A DNA stretch of 64,000 bases from Chlorokybus atmophyticus (Eukaryota; Plantae; Mesostigma and Chlorokybus algae). The position numbers and the translations under genes are program-made. This document shows positions 20,516 through 35,634 of the stretch, piece after piece; position 1 is the first letter of the stretch, and every line of letters begins with the position of its first letter. A model generated the notes under the pieces. That model saw only the letters and a program-made list of their open reading frames with translations. It was not told where the DNA came from and did no database searches. The stretch spans positions 988,091 through 1,052,090 of the forward strand of contig RHPI01001737.1 of assembly GCA_009103225.1 (NCBI GenBank). Reading direction: 5' to 3'.

Positions 20516-23500
20516 ATTGTGGGCTTGGTTTTATGACAGACTGGCAGTGCAATTTCATTACCACCCTGTCATTTCCTGCTATCTCACTGGTTACAATTAC
20601 TCAATATCAAGCCTAATCAACTTAAGTTCAACGAGGACGTTGAAAACCTAAGTGGGGGGGAATGTAACGGGAGCAATAATAATAGGGGTATTATTGCTAC
20701 CTAAATAACACATTTTGTATAAATAAGTATTTACATATGCTTATTTATACCTCTTTTCTACGGTTCCTCGCTTATTAAAGGCTATGATGCTTTATCATAG
20801 CTTCAATAAGTCCCAATGGGTGTAGAACCGCTTATTCAAGCCTATTTAGTGTCACATTTGATTTAATGTGATCACTATCTCGTTAGGTACCTTACGATAG
20901 ATATCTTTTTTATAGGTACCTTATCGATATGTACCTTATCTGAGCTGTGATTGGCTCACGCTAGATTTTCTAACTACCATATCTGTAGGGTCGATGTCTG
21001 GTTGTGAGTTAATTATTGAGAGGTATATAGTTGATATACTCTTGATATAAAAGGTCACATCAATCTGATGTGGGGACTTTCAGTTCTCTGCTCAGTGGCG
21101 GCCACGCCGTTGAAAGGCTTGTCATAGGCGGTGTGGGTGTTGGGGTAGAGGATTGAAGGGGCATCACCGGCGACGGTGGTGCTATTACAGGTATTATTGC
21201 TACACAAATAACACATTTTGTATGATTAAGTATTTAAATATGCTTATGTATACCTCTTTTCTACGGTTCCTCGCTTATTAAAGGCTGTGATGCTTTATCA
21301 TAGCTTAAATAAGTCCCAATGGGTGTAGAACCGCTTATTCAAGCCTTTTTAGTGTCACATTTGATATAATGTGATCACTATCTCGTTAGGTACCTCACGA
21401 TAGGTATCGTTGGATAGATACCTTATCGATAGGTACCTTATCTGAGCTGTGATTGGCTCACGCTAGATTTCCTAACTACCTTATTTATTGGGTCGATGTC
21501 TAATTGTGAATTAATTATTGAGAGGTATATAGTTGATATACTCTTGATATAAAAGGTCACATCAATCTGATGTGGGGACTTTCAGTTCTCTACTCAGTGG
21601 CGGCCACGCCGTTGAAAGGCTTGTCATAGGCGGTGTGGGTGTTGGGGTAGAGGATTGAAGGGGCATCACCGGCAACGGTGGTGCTGTGACATTGGTCATC
21701 GGAGCTTGAGACCTGGGTTCGATTCCTGCCTTGCACACGAATTCCGCGGTCGTTGTCTCTCGATCCAATAACATCGTAAATGGTCACTATAAGTGCCATC
21801 GTCGATGGGTCGCGACTTGCATAATGGCAGTCGCGCCGAACTGACTAGTTCAGTCGGCGCGGCAGGGCGCGACCTACCTATCGCGGCGACGCGACCTGTG
21901 GGGCCGGCAGCGGCGCGCTATGCGCGCGTTGACCGGTATGGGCCTAAATTGGCCCGTCCTTGGGGGGTGGGGCCGGTAACCAACCCTAAATCAGACCCCT
22001 AGGAAGATTCCTCAGCTGATGAGCGCCAGCTGCCGAGGACGTCAGCGTTCTTAAAAGGGGGGGAATGTAACGGGAAGGTACATTAAATTACCACAAATCG
22101 ACCATAAAAGCACCAAGTCTTTTGTGGTCGAATGGGCTGTGACATTGGTATCGGAGCTAGGGTTGATGTCTAGTTGTGAGTTAATTATCGAGAGGTATAT
22201 AATTGATATACTCTTGATATACAAGGTCACATCAATCTGATGTGGGGACTTTCAGTTCTCTGCTCAGTGGCGGCCACGCCGTTGAAAGGCTTGTCATAGG
22301 CGGTGTGGGTGTTGGGGTAGAGGATTGAAGGGGCATCACCGGCGACGGTGGTGCTGTGACAGTTGGCAAGCAGTTGCCGCTGAGAGAGTTTTCAGCATCT
22401 TTTATGCATCTCCGCAATGATTGGCCAATTCGCTGCCTTTTTCAGCAACGGCTGTTGTCACCGTTGCGATCCTAATTGGTCAAATTCATGCGTGACCAAG
22501 TGGTGGCCAAATGATGCAATTTTTCGTTGTATTGAATTCTAACGTTAAGGTAATTTAAGTCAGCATTACTTTAATGATTGTGACCTTGGCATTACTTACT
22601 GAATATCTTAGCACATACCGTGGCGTAAACGTTATGTTAAATATTAAGTTTTTTAACACTTAACTGCAGGGTGCTAGCTATATTGCACCATATTGCACCA
22701 TTTTTGACCATTAGGTTACGTTAGATATCGTCCATTACGCTCAATCAGTGCAATCTTGATACCCCCCTCCCTGGTACAACGCCCTCTTTCGAATAGAGTG
22801 CCCCCCCGAATACAATTACCCCATAAAGTTTGGGGGGCACTGTGTTGGAAGGGGGCAGTGTGAACGGGTAAATACGGTATGCATAATTTACCGCTAGAAG
22901 TGTCCATGTGCACACCGTTTGTGCTCGTATTGTATTTTATAAGCAAAGACGAGCAATATTGTGATGTTGGGATGTGCTCTGGACGGCCGAGATGTAAACG
23001 ACGTAGATCCAACGGCTTGAGATTGGTCATAGCCGCCCAGCCACTGAGTGGCAGGCGGGACGCATACAGGCGCGCAGCCCGCCAGTCGCGGGTGCCTATG
23101 TGTGATGGGCCAGTGATGGCCCTTCGTCGTATGGGGATACGTGTGTGATGTGCCGGCCGGCAGGCCGGCACATCAGCCGCACCACTAGTTCCAGTTACCT
23201 ACATGTGACTTAAAACGCCACAAAATGTACATTTGCTTCAAGCATTTGTGAATGATGTTGTTTCATGCACACTCAAACTTATTTGCACGCCTTTATTCCT
23301 CATAACTGCAAGACATCTGTGTAGGTATAAAAACGCATTGCAATGTACACACAACGGCTGTAACAATATTTGTATGATGTATTACGTGTGCTTGAGCAAC
23401 AACAGTATACCACAGTGTGTATTATGAGACTTTGACGACCCATAGTTCCATGATATTCGCTCCTTTGATGGGGGATTTCATAGAACATGTGCGTTTTATG

Positions 23501-23646
23501 TGAGATACCAATGCACATGTTCTTTGGGGTACTTTGGGCCCTAAAGTTTGGGGCGTACCAGTATTGTCCTACACTATACTTATGAAGCGGCCGTTCAGAT
23601 ACCTGCCGGTAGCCATTGACGCTAAGGGAGTGTCATACCATGACCA

Positions 23647-26600
23647 ATGCATGCCTTCAACCAGATATCGACGGCAGCTAGGGTTTGTTGCGCACGCAGT
23701 GCGCTCTGCCACTGGCACATTGGTGCCAGCATGCTGGCAGCGCCGGCGCCTCCTCTTGCACGTCTGTCTCCTCCTGCAGGCTGTTGCCGCCCTTCACGAC
23801 TTCAGCCCACTAGACGGTGGGACAGCTCCGGCTTCAGGTCGTCGTCGGTCAGGCGCACTGTCAACTCCTCCGTGAGATCTGTCCGCTGCCGCGTCATGGT
23901 CAGTGCTGGTCCCTGTGGTTGCCGCGTGTCAGCTGTGGTAGAGACGCACAGGTGTTGCAGCATGTTATCGGGAAACGAGCTACGCTATGATTGCGCAGCG
24001 AGGGCCCTGTCGTCTTGCCTGCTGTTCCACTGTCCTGTTGCTGGCCAGCATCATCTGTGTGTTGGCTGCAGTGTCATGGACTGCTAGGTCGGCACTGATG
24101 TGCTGTAGCTTTGCTCACGACGCAGACTGCGATTCCTGCTACAAGCTGTGCATGTCATGTTGAAGCCAAATGAGTAGGCTGTCAGCTTTGATATCAACGA
24201 ATGCATTACCTGTATGCTGAGTCTTGATTGTATGCACGCACACATTGGTGCGCAGACAAGATTGTCTTTGCTATTGCTTATGCCTCTGTTGCGGTAGGTC
24301 TAACGCATATGGCTTTTTGTGTAAACAGAGTGTACCAGTAGAGGAGAAGAAGCCAGTCATAACAGACTACCCGCCTGTCCTTGGCGATGACGCCCAGAGC
24401 AGCCTAGTCAGCGACGCATTGTACTGGGCTGCAATGCATGGATTGCTCGTTCGTGCAGACAACGCAGCGAACTTGGTAAGGCCAACACATCGTGCATGTC
24501 CGCAAGTTGCGTGACGGGTTGCACAGGAGCTTGCTGCCAGGCATGCAGATTGAAAAAAGAGCTCAACACACAGCTCGTTACCAGGTACATGCGCCTATCT
24601 CGCTGCTCCCAAGCCTGATGCCAAGGCGGTTATTTGACCTAGCCGTGTCCTTAGCCACCAGTTTCAATGGTCTAGTGGATGCAGTTGCCCAGGACGCACA
24701 TTTCTTGCAAACGTCACTCAACAGGTGGGTGTTTGGACTGCATGCCTTGAAATTTGCGTTGCTGTATCCATCAATTAGAGGTTCTCAAGCGTGTATGTGA
24801 CACTTTGCTGCCAAGCAGTGCGAGGGCCACAGACAGCTTTACGGCGCGATTGCTGGACATACATGCTGCAACTGAAGCTGAAAGGCGGGAACAGGTTTGG
24901 CAAGCATAGTTGTTTGTGCATGCTATGAGGATGTTAGTCCAAATGCGCGCATGCTCACAGCATGCTTGGTTTTCAGTCCTGTCAGCCTTGCAAGTTGAGC
25001 TGGGTCTGTCCAGTTCATTGGTGTAAGCATCAGTTGGGTTGCATTGCATGAATGGAGCATCCCCTCAAATCACAAGTTGCTACTAGACTAAATCGTTGGC
25101 CTATGGCTATGCACAGCCGATACGCATGGGCATGCACCGCTCAGACTACATGCTGGACACGCGAACAGGAGGGATCTTGCAAGTGGAGCTGAACACCATC
25201 TCGTCCTCGTTTGCCGCCCTGGGCACGCGCGTGGCCGAAATGCACAGGTGATGGTAAGCACTGTTTGCAGGCTGTTGAAACCTACACATGTTATGGTGTT
25301 ACGGCATGTGGCTGATGGCAGAGTGACAGGTATCTTGCAGGTCGGTCGCAAGACACACAGATAGACCCTGCTGGTCTGTTACCAAACAATGCTTTGCGCA
25401 ATATGACGGAAGCGCTGGCGGTAGCATGGCAGGAGTATGGCAATGACAGGTACTGCCGCATGTCCAGTTGGTTGTTTCATTGGGGATCTTCAATCTTCAA
25501 GTCCCTATGAACAGACACGCTAACAATTGCTTTGCACGGTGCAGAGCAGTGGTTCTCTTTGTTGTCCAACCAGCAGAGCGCAATGTGTTTGATCAGCAGT
25601 GGCTGGCAGCAGTCCTTTGGGAAGAGTATGGCATACGCACAATGCGCAAGACATTGAAACAGCTACAGGCGGCAGCAGCTCTGCAGGGTGGCAAACTTGT
25701 TATGTAAGGAAGCACACTACTCAGCGTGGTGTCATGTGGAAGCATACTACTGAGTCTGAAGAGTTCATCCTAACCCTTGTTATTTTGCAGAGATGACACA
25801 ACCGCTGCCGTGGTTTACTTCCGGGCAGGGTATTCGCCGGACGACTATACTTCTGAATTGGAGTGGCAGGCGCGGGAACTCATGGAGCGATCGGATGCTG
25901 TCAAGTGCCCGAGTATAGAGTACCATTTGGCTGGCGCCAAGAAGATCCAGCAAGTTCTTGCAGAGCCTGGAGTGCTTGAAAGGTCAGTTACAGTCATGCT
26001 TCCCACAACAGTATGCAAGGTGTGTACTTGCGAGGCAATGTTGACTCACAAGCCACGTCAAGGTACTTGCCGGATGTTGGTATGGCCTCATCAGTTCGCA
26101 AGACGTTTGCTGGACTTTGGAGTTTGGAAGGGAGTGGAGCACTTGAGATCATAGATGCAGCCATCAATGATCCTCAGTCATACGTCATGAAGCCTCAGCG
26201 CGAAGGTGGAGGTGAGTATGATAATCTCAGCCATAGCAGTGTTTAGCAGCAGCGTCAACAGCATGGTGTAGTACATGCTAAGGCAGTTGTGGCATACAGG
26301 GAACAACCTGTATGCAGATGATATGAAGGCAAAGCTCAAGGTAAGCTATTTGCAACTTTGAGTTGAATAATGATGGCTGGCTTGAGTGACGTTGCTGCCA
26401 AGGTGACAGTTGTTTGTGCACGCCATTTTGCTGTGCTATACACAACAAGCAGTACATAAGAAGTTATATACCTGTATGACTATGTTGCGCTGCAGGAGCT
26501 TCGCAGTGCTAGTGATTCCGAACGTGCGGCCTACATCTTGATGCAAAGAATTATGCCCCCCGTACAGCGGGCGTACCTGTTGCGCAAAGGAGAATGCATT

Positions 26601-26854
26601 GAGTGTGAAACTCTCTCTGAACTCGGCATCTTCAGCACCTTTGTCAGGTAGGTCACATCATCACGTGATAGCTTTGTACAACACCCCAGCCAGGAGAATT
26701 CAGCTTTGCTAACATAACATTGTCCAGGAATGGCGACAAGGTGATTTTGAACAAGAATGCTGGGCACCTTCTGCGCACCAAGACCGCGACATCAAACGAA
26801 GGTGGTGTTGCTGCCGGGTTTGCAGTTTTGGATAGCCCTTACCTCGTAGACTAG
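23647..26854 (+). CDS. GSH2: Glutathione synthetase (eukaryotic type), multi-exon, N-terminal transit-peptide-like extension
   Basis: Exons encode [15 protein letters not shown]...[106 protein letters not shown]. The start (23647 or 23731) is uncertain. Confidence 0.95.
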
Positions 26855-27681
26855 GTGTACTTCATTGCCCCTTTGCCCTGTTTGCCATCTAGTCATTGTA
26901 CAGGTGCTCATTGATCATCACTCACTGCCCAGCTCCCTAGCAACAGGGTCAGGGTATAGTAGATTGGCTGTCTCGCTGCTTGTTTCTGTCACAATCCGTA
27001 CCTTTGCTAAGTCATGGTCATGGCTTGTGCATGGGTTGAAACACTCTACACGCAACTATGGGTGCTGATGCAGTAGCCTGTCTGTCTTGCGCATGTTTGT
27101 GGTCGGTTGTTGATGCTGTGCGAGTATGCTTGTTGCTGGCTGCAGCATGCTGTTCACTGATGACTTCAGTGTATTGGCTCCACTGCAGTGACAACCAGTT
27201 CCACCACTGGCGACCACAAGTTTGCTGTCTGAGCTCAATTGCATCTACAATCCAGGCACAAGCACACAGGGGCCCATTGTTCTTAGCCCATAATGGACGC
27301 TTATAGTGTGCTTGGAGTGATGAAGTGAGAAGGTACTGGTTGATTGAGTCATCAATTTGTATGACCGCAGAGACTCCATGTGCGACAGCTCGTTGAAGCC
27401 GCCTTTGGCTTCGGTTGTGGAGTGCAAACGGGATCAAGTCCCACTGTCATGTCCACTGTTATGTATTGCTGAGCGCCCCAAAAGCTGCCTCTGCATGCGC
27501 GCAGAATGCCACCAATCTCAAAGTATACGACCAGTGTGTGCGTGCAAACAATCAACATAATGACTAGCAGGAAAACTGACTAAATGCCGCTGCTTTGCAG
27601 TAGTGCTAGTTACCTAAGCAGCAGCTTGCGGGGGCAAAGACTTCTCCAACAAACGCCGCCGCAACGCACAACGATCACTGC

Positions 27682-30600
27682 ATGCAAGCGGTTGGCCGCC
27701 TAGCCTCGCGCCTGCAGGGCGGGGTTAGCGTCAGGGCAACAACAGCACGCACAAGGCACCAAACACTCCGCCCCCTCAGACAGCAAAATACTGCGACTTC
27801 CGCCGCTGCTGCTGGTGCTGCATCTACGACGGCAGCAGTAGGCCTGCGGCGGCCTGGCGCTGGCCGTCCCTGGCCGCCCCTACCCTTGGCTGCAGCCTGG
27901 GGCTCCTCACGCTGCAGGTGAGAGAAGGCTGGCATGCACTAGGCATGCACAACGGGGTTGGTTTCTGGTTTTTGGCTTTTGGGTTTTGTTGCTGTGGTGT
28001 TGGTGTAACCATTAGCTAGAATTGTTGTTGGCATGTGCTTCGCCATGCACGTTTGCCCCTAGCAGCTGAGGGCAGCAGACAGGGTTTTTAATGGTGTGTT
28101 TGACCACTTATTTGGCTGCATGCTGTTGGCTCAACGTCATGTTGACGAACACCAGACAGGCAGCCGCTCTGCCAGCCAGCATATACTGTCGTTGCATATG
28201 TATTCGTTTCGCAACACTGCCACTCCGTGAGATTTGGCACTTGGCGCGTTAATGTTGCTTGTTAACAATTCTTGATGTTTAACAACTTCAAGAATTGTTA
28301 ACAAGCAACATCAACGAGCAAACCTACGTTGCAGTGTACGGGTTTCAACCGTTGCCATGGCGAGAACACCAACAGCGAAGCGGAAGCAGCGCCCGGACAA
28401 TGAGGTACACATATTTATTAACCAACTTGATGTCTATATTTGAACCTCAGCGTTGATTGCTCGACCTTATGCGCGATGACATGTTAGCAACGCCAAGGCA
28501 AACACATGCGTAGCACTCAAGCACGGTGTGTTATCTCAATGTGTATTTGTTCCTCTTTGCAGGATTTAACGCTCGACAACGTCTCATCAGCAACAGCGGA
28601 GCAGCTTAAGGCGTTCTTCAGGTGCGTAATGCTATCATCATTGTAGCAGCACATATCACTGCAACTCGCAAGCAACATGCACGAGGCACATGGTTTTGTG
28701 TGTCATATGCAAATGTGCTTCCGGTGCAGGTCGAAAGGGCTACCGGTATCCGGCAACAAGACGGAGCTCATTGCACGAGCTGAACAGGCTCTAAAGTCCT
28801 CATCAGAAGGTATGTGACGCATTCGCAGGCACGTGCATATGCGCACTCACCACTATTAACTAACCAAATTGCACATGAAGAAACAGCTTTATTTGCCCTC
28901 AAACCCCTCTTGCCGTAGATATCAGAGACTACAAGTGATGTGTTAACTGTAGGATAATGACCGTTGATTAAATGTTTCATGTTTCATTCCTTTAACAACG
29001 CGCATTGTTCTTGTGTATGAGCGCAAGGGAGTACTGGTCATCTATTGATCTATGCATTGTTTGCAATTCAAGGAGCGGGCGTGCCAGGTAGGGAACATGA
29101 TGATGATGATGAAGGGGAGGCGAAGGTGGAAGCTGAGCCAGCAGCAGCAGCAGCAGCCAGTGAAGATGAAGGAGATGGTAGAGAAGATCATAACGAGGGT
29201 ATGGTTGTGTGCATGAAACTGAAACTGAAACCATGTAGATTTGTCTTGTTGTCACTCGTCTGGATTTAGTACTATCTCCCACTTGCTTCAGAAGTTGAAG
29301 AGAAGCCGGTGAAGCGGAAGAGGCCTTTGGCGAAGAGCGATGAGAAGGCCAAACAGCAGCGAAGAAACAGCAGCAGTAGCAAGAAGAAATCCGAAGTTAG
29401 CGAAGATGATACTGACAATGACAGTGGCGGCAATGATAATGTAGAAGACAAGAAGCCAAAAAGGAAACCCGCTCGAACAGCTTCTCCAGCAAAACGAGGG
29501 AAGAATAGCAAAAGCAATGGTGCGGCCGATACGGTGCCGTATACCGTCGACATGCGGCCTCCTCGCTACAAGGTGTCAATGAATCATGATACACATTGGT
29601 ATAAATACATCTAAAATGCACACTTTTGCGCACAGTTGGGCTTTACTGCCACGCGCACACATTACAATTGTGCATGTAAGTACATGCACACACTTTCGCA
29701 CACACACGCATGCACACGCACGCACGCATGCGTGTGCGGGTACGGACACGCGCACACACGCAATTCTCTCTGCATGCAGGGCTCCTGCCTGAGGATACTC
29801 TCGTGGAATGTCAACGGGCTGCGTGCGCTCCTCAAGAAGGACGCCGAGGCCGTGCGGGCGGTGGTGGAGGCGGAGGACGCCGATGTCGTATGCCTGCAAG
29901 AGACAAAACTTTCGGTAAGTGTGGTCATTACTGAATAGCCATTGTTCAAAATGTGATTGATAGAATGACAGTCATGTGTGTGCTGCAGCAAAAGGATGTA
30001 TCGGGGGAGTTAAAGGGGCTGCTGGCTGGGTATGAAAGCCACTGGTGCTGCGCGGACAAGCCGGGGTACTCGGGGACTGTCCTGTTCACAAGGGTATATG
30101 ATATTCAAGTGTTTTCTTAGTACACATTGATGTACTGTTTTATTGCTGACGGAGTAATCAATGAATCGCCAGTTGTTAGAGCAATAGATGCACTGAGTGA
30201 TCAGTTGCTCAGTTGATCACTTGACTAGTACCATTTCCATACACTTCATGGGGCAACGGTCGATGACTGATCAGTCGACTGGTATTGAAGGTGAAGCCGC
30301 TTCGTGTGACGTTCGGTATTAGCATGCCGATGCACGACATGGAGGGACGGGTCATCACGGCGGAGTACGACGCCTTTTACATCACCAACGTGTACATACC
30401 CAACGCCGGTGAAGGCCTCAAACGAGTGGTGCGCGCATCACCCATGTGTGGTGTTAGGCTTCATCTCTTGTTGCTCACAAAAGTTATACACTTATGAGTA
30501 CACACACTTGTGGTTTGGTGCACAGGATTATCGTGTGGAAGATTGGGACCCTGCCATATCCAAGTACATAACGGTGTGTTCTAAGCACGCGCGCACACAC

Positions 30601-31351
30601 ATATGTGCAGGCGCACATGTACGCCTAACACGCAAACACCATCGCAGGATTTGGAGAAAAACAAGCCGGTTGTTATGGCAGGGGACTTGAACATTGCGAG
30701 GGAAGACATCGACATACACAACCCAAAGGTGAGCGGGTTGTTAATGGCTCATATCCACTAGGACATGTCGTTGAAGCCATGCTTGCACCAGGGCAATCAT
30801 AAAACGCCAGGGTTCTCGCCTCGAGAGCGCGAGTCCGCGCGGCAGTTTCTGAAAAACGGCGAGCGCGTGGACACCCTTCGTGCGATGCATCCAAACGCCG
30901 TCGCATTCACATACTGGAGCTACCGCTTCAACTCCAGGGCCAAAAACAAAGGTATGGATGTTGAATTGTGCACACCTGTGTCAATGCAGGCTATGTGTAC
31001 CATAACCGCACCCCCACCTTGTTTACTCTGTGCGCGGGCATAATGGTATACTTATTGCACGCAAATGCATCACTGTGGTAAGTAATATCGCTGTCGTAGC
31101 CCATAGCAGTAACGCTTACCTTGGTACTGGACAGATTCTATCATGCATCTTAGTAACACACAATGGTTATAGTACATATTACATCACGACGCCTGTAATA
31201 TATAATGTCGGCGCTGCTTGCTGCTGCAGGTTGGCGGCTGGACTACTTCATCGTGTCCAAGTCCCTGGCGGACAGAGTGCACGACTCGTTTGTGCTGCCA
31301 GACGTCATGGGCAGCGACCACTGTCCCATAGGCGTCGTCATCAAGCTTTGA
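27682..31351 (+). CDS. ARP: AP endonuclease / ExoIII family (ARP-like) with transit peptide, SAP domain and acidic/basic linker
   Basis: SAP-like exons ([24 protein letters not shown]); [56 protein letters not shown]...YWSYR, GWRLDYF, GSDHCPI; stop at 31349-31351. Junctions checked for the first exons only. Confidence 0.92.
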
Positions 31352-32455
31352 GAGCTATGTGGGGGGCCTTGTCTGACATAGTGTGGTAGTGCGGATATAT
31401 CTATCTTGGGGGAACTTTGCTGATCAGAGTGCATTGCTTTGAACTCAAGAGTGGGGATGCTAATTTTGGGAGATTTATCGGGTCTGCGTGTATGGGCACG
31501 TGTACTGCTGAGACATTGTCCAGTGTGCGTATTGGAGATGGTATGCTACCATTTCATGCTTGTGTGCACACACGCATGGATTTGTGTGCAGCAAATGTAC
31601 CTGGCATGCATGTGAACTTGATGAGCATCCCGTACGCAGGCGCACACAACCGTGCAGGTTTTTGTCGCAAGAAGTGCCCATCAACTGGAATTCCGTATAG
31701 TTCCCATTGTGCACTGGATAGCGCTTGCGCGCATTTTGCATTTCACGACTCCGCTCCGTGTGCCATACTGCGATTGAAAATGTAATGCACATAAGAGCCA
31801 TGCGCGCATGAATGTGGTGAGGTGGTTGTGAAGCGGGGCGGCAGAGTAGACCCTCTGAGTGAGCAACAAACTTTCCAGCTTATATTAATTGGCTTCGCAT
31901 CACTCTGGTTTGCATACAAGCGTGCAGACTGTCACTTGTATTGTCAGTACAGAGCAAAGCCAGCTAACCTGCAATCAACTACCATTGTGCTCTGATCCCC
32001 TGCGTAGGCAAACACATGGTCCAGGTTGCCACATGGTGCTTGCAGCTACGGACCATGAAATGGATTCCAGCCAACATGCAAGGTTCTGTCCTGACAGCAC
32101 CTCATGTGCCGTAAACCCAGGCCCGAGGGGTTTGTTCCCTGAGCAAACCGTATGCTCAAGTGACTTGCCTGACTGCAACACACAAACACGCCCCCCACAC
32201 ATCACGCAGCTACCCTCTACCTGTCCGTCAATCAACACCCACACAGACCAACTCTTCTGTACACTACTCAATGCATCCGCGGCGGCGCATGCATTCAACG
32301 GAAGTGCTCTCCAACCTGCAACCTGCCACAAGGACGCAGCTCCTGTCAATGCCGCAAGCAACCATCACACGGAGCTGGCGTTACTAGTTGGACTCCTAAC
32401 CTACTTTCGTGTCATCACTGTTGTCTGTGCCACACACAGCAGTGCTCTCTCGCTC

Positions 32456-33734
<1,279 letters not shown>

Positions 33735-35634
33735 GGTGATGGGCGCTGCTGCTATGACTACAGGCCTACAGTTAAACTACGCAACAGTTTCTTCTACCGC
33801 CCAACTCCACCCAACTCTCGCCACAACCACCTCCGCCTACCTCAGCTCTACCTCAATACAACAGCAGTAGTCAAGCCTTTGGTGCAGTGTTTGCACCAGC
33901 AGGAAGACACAAACGTTTCGGTTCAGCGCCTGCATGCTGGCATGCAGTGCCCCCTCTCCAGTCAGCATGTCGCTCTGTCACGGTGGCGGATCCGAGCCCT
34001 CAGCCGGGCTGCCCGCTCACCTCTGTTGACACATTTCATGCAACCCACCATGAAATAGTGTATCTGGCACCCTGTCACAGTGTCACGAAGCATGCACACC
34101 ATAAACTGTGAGCCCGCGGGCCCACGACTCTATAAACTGCATGAATTCATGCACCGCCAACTTCAGTGCGCATTGAAGTTGCATGCGCCGCGACTGCAAT
34201 TCGATCGTGTGCTTATGGAACCTCAGGAGGCTCATATGCCTACAACCACGGAACACCGTTTTCCGTGTCTTGGTCTTGTTATGGCAATGCTCATGCAATG
34301 CTACACATGCATCACACGTACGCTGTAGGTAAACTCTGTACCCATCATACCATTGGATCGCAAGGCGCATGCATCTAAGTGCATCACCAGCCCTGGAGCC
34401 TTCCGTAACACACTGATATCAGAGTGCGCTCGTCAGCAGTGTGGCTATGACGGGGAAAAGGGCCTTTCTTACGGACAAGGGCGAGGGTTAGCAAATGGCT
34501 AACCACAATTGGTAACGCACATACATGCACGTACAAGGCGAGCGGTCACTACACCGTGGTTGTTTGCGTGCTAATTGAATAAGGGCAGGTCTGTGTCCTG
34601 CATGACCACCGCTAATAGTCCTCAATAGGGCCTAATTTACAAGGCCTCACGGCGATTCATGTGCCCGGTACACTGGAGCTTGGCAGGCTCAAACCTGTAC
34701 TCCAACCAGATAAGCGCAATCAGGCGTCTGTATGTGATGTGCGTGCGGCGGCTCTTCATTGTCAAGGTAAAAGTCGTCTTGCCTTGCTCTGCTCTCCGCT
34801 ACTGTACAAACGCAGGACAAATGCATGCACTGTCAAGGTGAGAGAAAGAGCTAGCTAGCTAGCTAGCACAGCAGTGCATGCACTTGGTGGCAGTAGCAGA
34901 TGTAAAAGTATCCAGATCTGATAGTCATGATGCCAGCAAGGGCTCTATCGCTTATTGTGTTTGCTTTCTGTCCTCATGTCCTTGCAGGCCGTGTGACCTG
35001 AGTATCATCACTAGTTTTAACCTAACACAGCACTACCATGCCTTTCTGTTAGCCTACCAGCGTGTGCACCGTGCTAAGCTGTCGCAACATCACAGAGCAG
35101 GATTCAAGTTATTTGAGAGCGCACGGTTATCCCTAAGCACAGCGAGTTTGTGTGATAAAGCGTACCATGGATACAGTCATGTGGTTGCTAGAACTACTAT
35201 TCTTGCAATTACTATGCACGCGCGACACAACGGGCGCAACTACGCGTGCACGTCGCTACTGGCGACTACTGCATAGCACATGTCAAGCAGGTGAATGGTC
35301 GCATGCAATATGCCACAGGCTTATGGCAGTCAGCAAATGCAGGCTTTGGCGGCAGCAGCAGGACACATAACAGCACAACTGGACTTGAACCAAAACCTTG
35401 AAGGTCCAGAACTGATCGCGTTGCAATTGCCAACGCTGCAATGCTATACTATGCTATACTATACTCCTGTGTTTCCGTTCAGACGGACAACTTTGCCCTG
35501 CCATGGGCATACCTACCACAAGTGTCTCGATTGAAGTAACAAAGAATCTAGTCTACTGGGTATAATCACTCCCGCGCATACCACATGCGCCTCATCCGCT
35601 ATGGTGACCGTCACTTCGTAGACATGCGCATATG

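Larger units (their letters stand above)
14205..22361 (+). mobile_element. Chromovirus (Ty3/Gypsy) with a compound multi-LTR 3' end
   Basis: 527-bp LTRs 14205-14731 and 20663-21189 (roughly twenty differences by eye); PBS ttggtatccaagagc at 14732; PPT at 20651-20662; further LTR-derived segments up to 22361; TSD GTTGG at 14200-14204 and 22362-22366 encloses the whole structure. Confidence 0.95.

Noticed and set aside
27018-27560. Short ORFs between GSH2 and ARP
   Set aside because: No recognisable motifs or splice logic; more likely UTR/promoter sequence.
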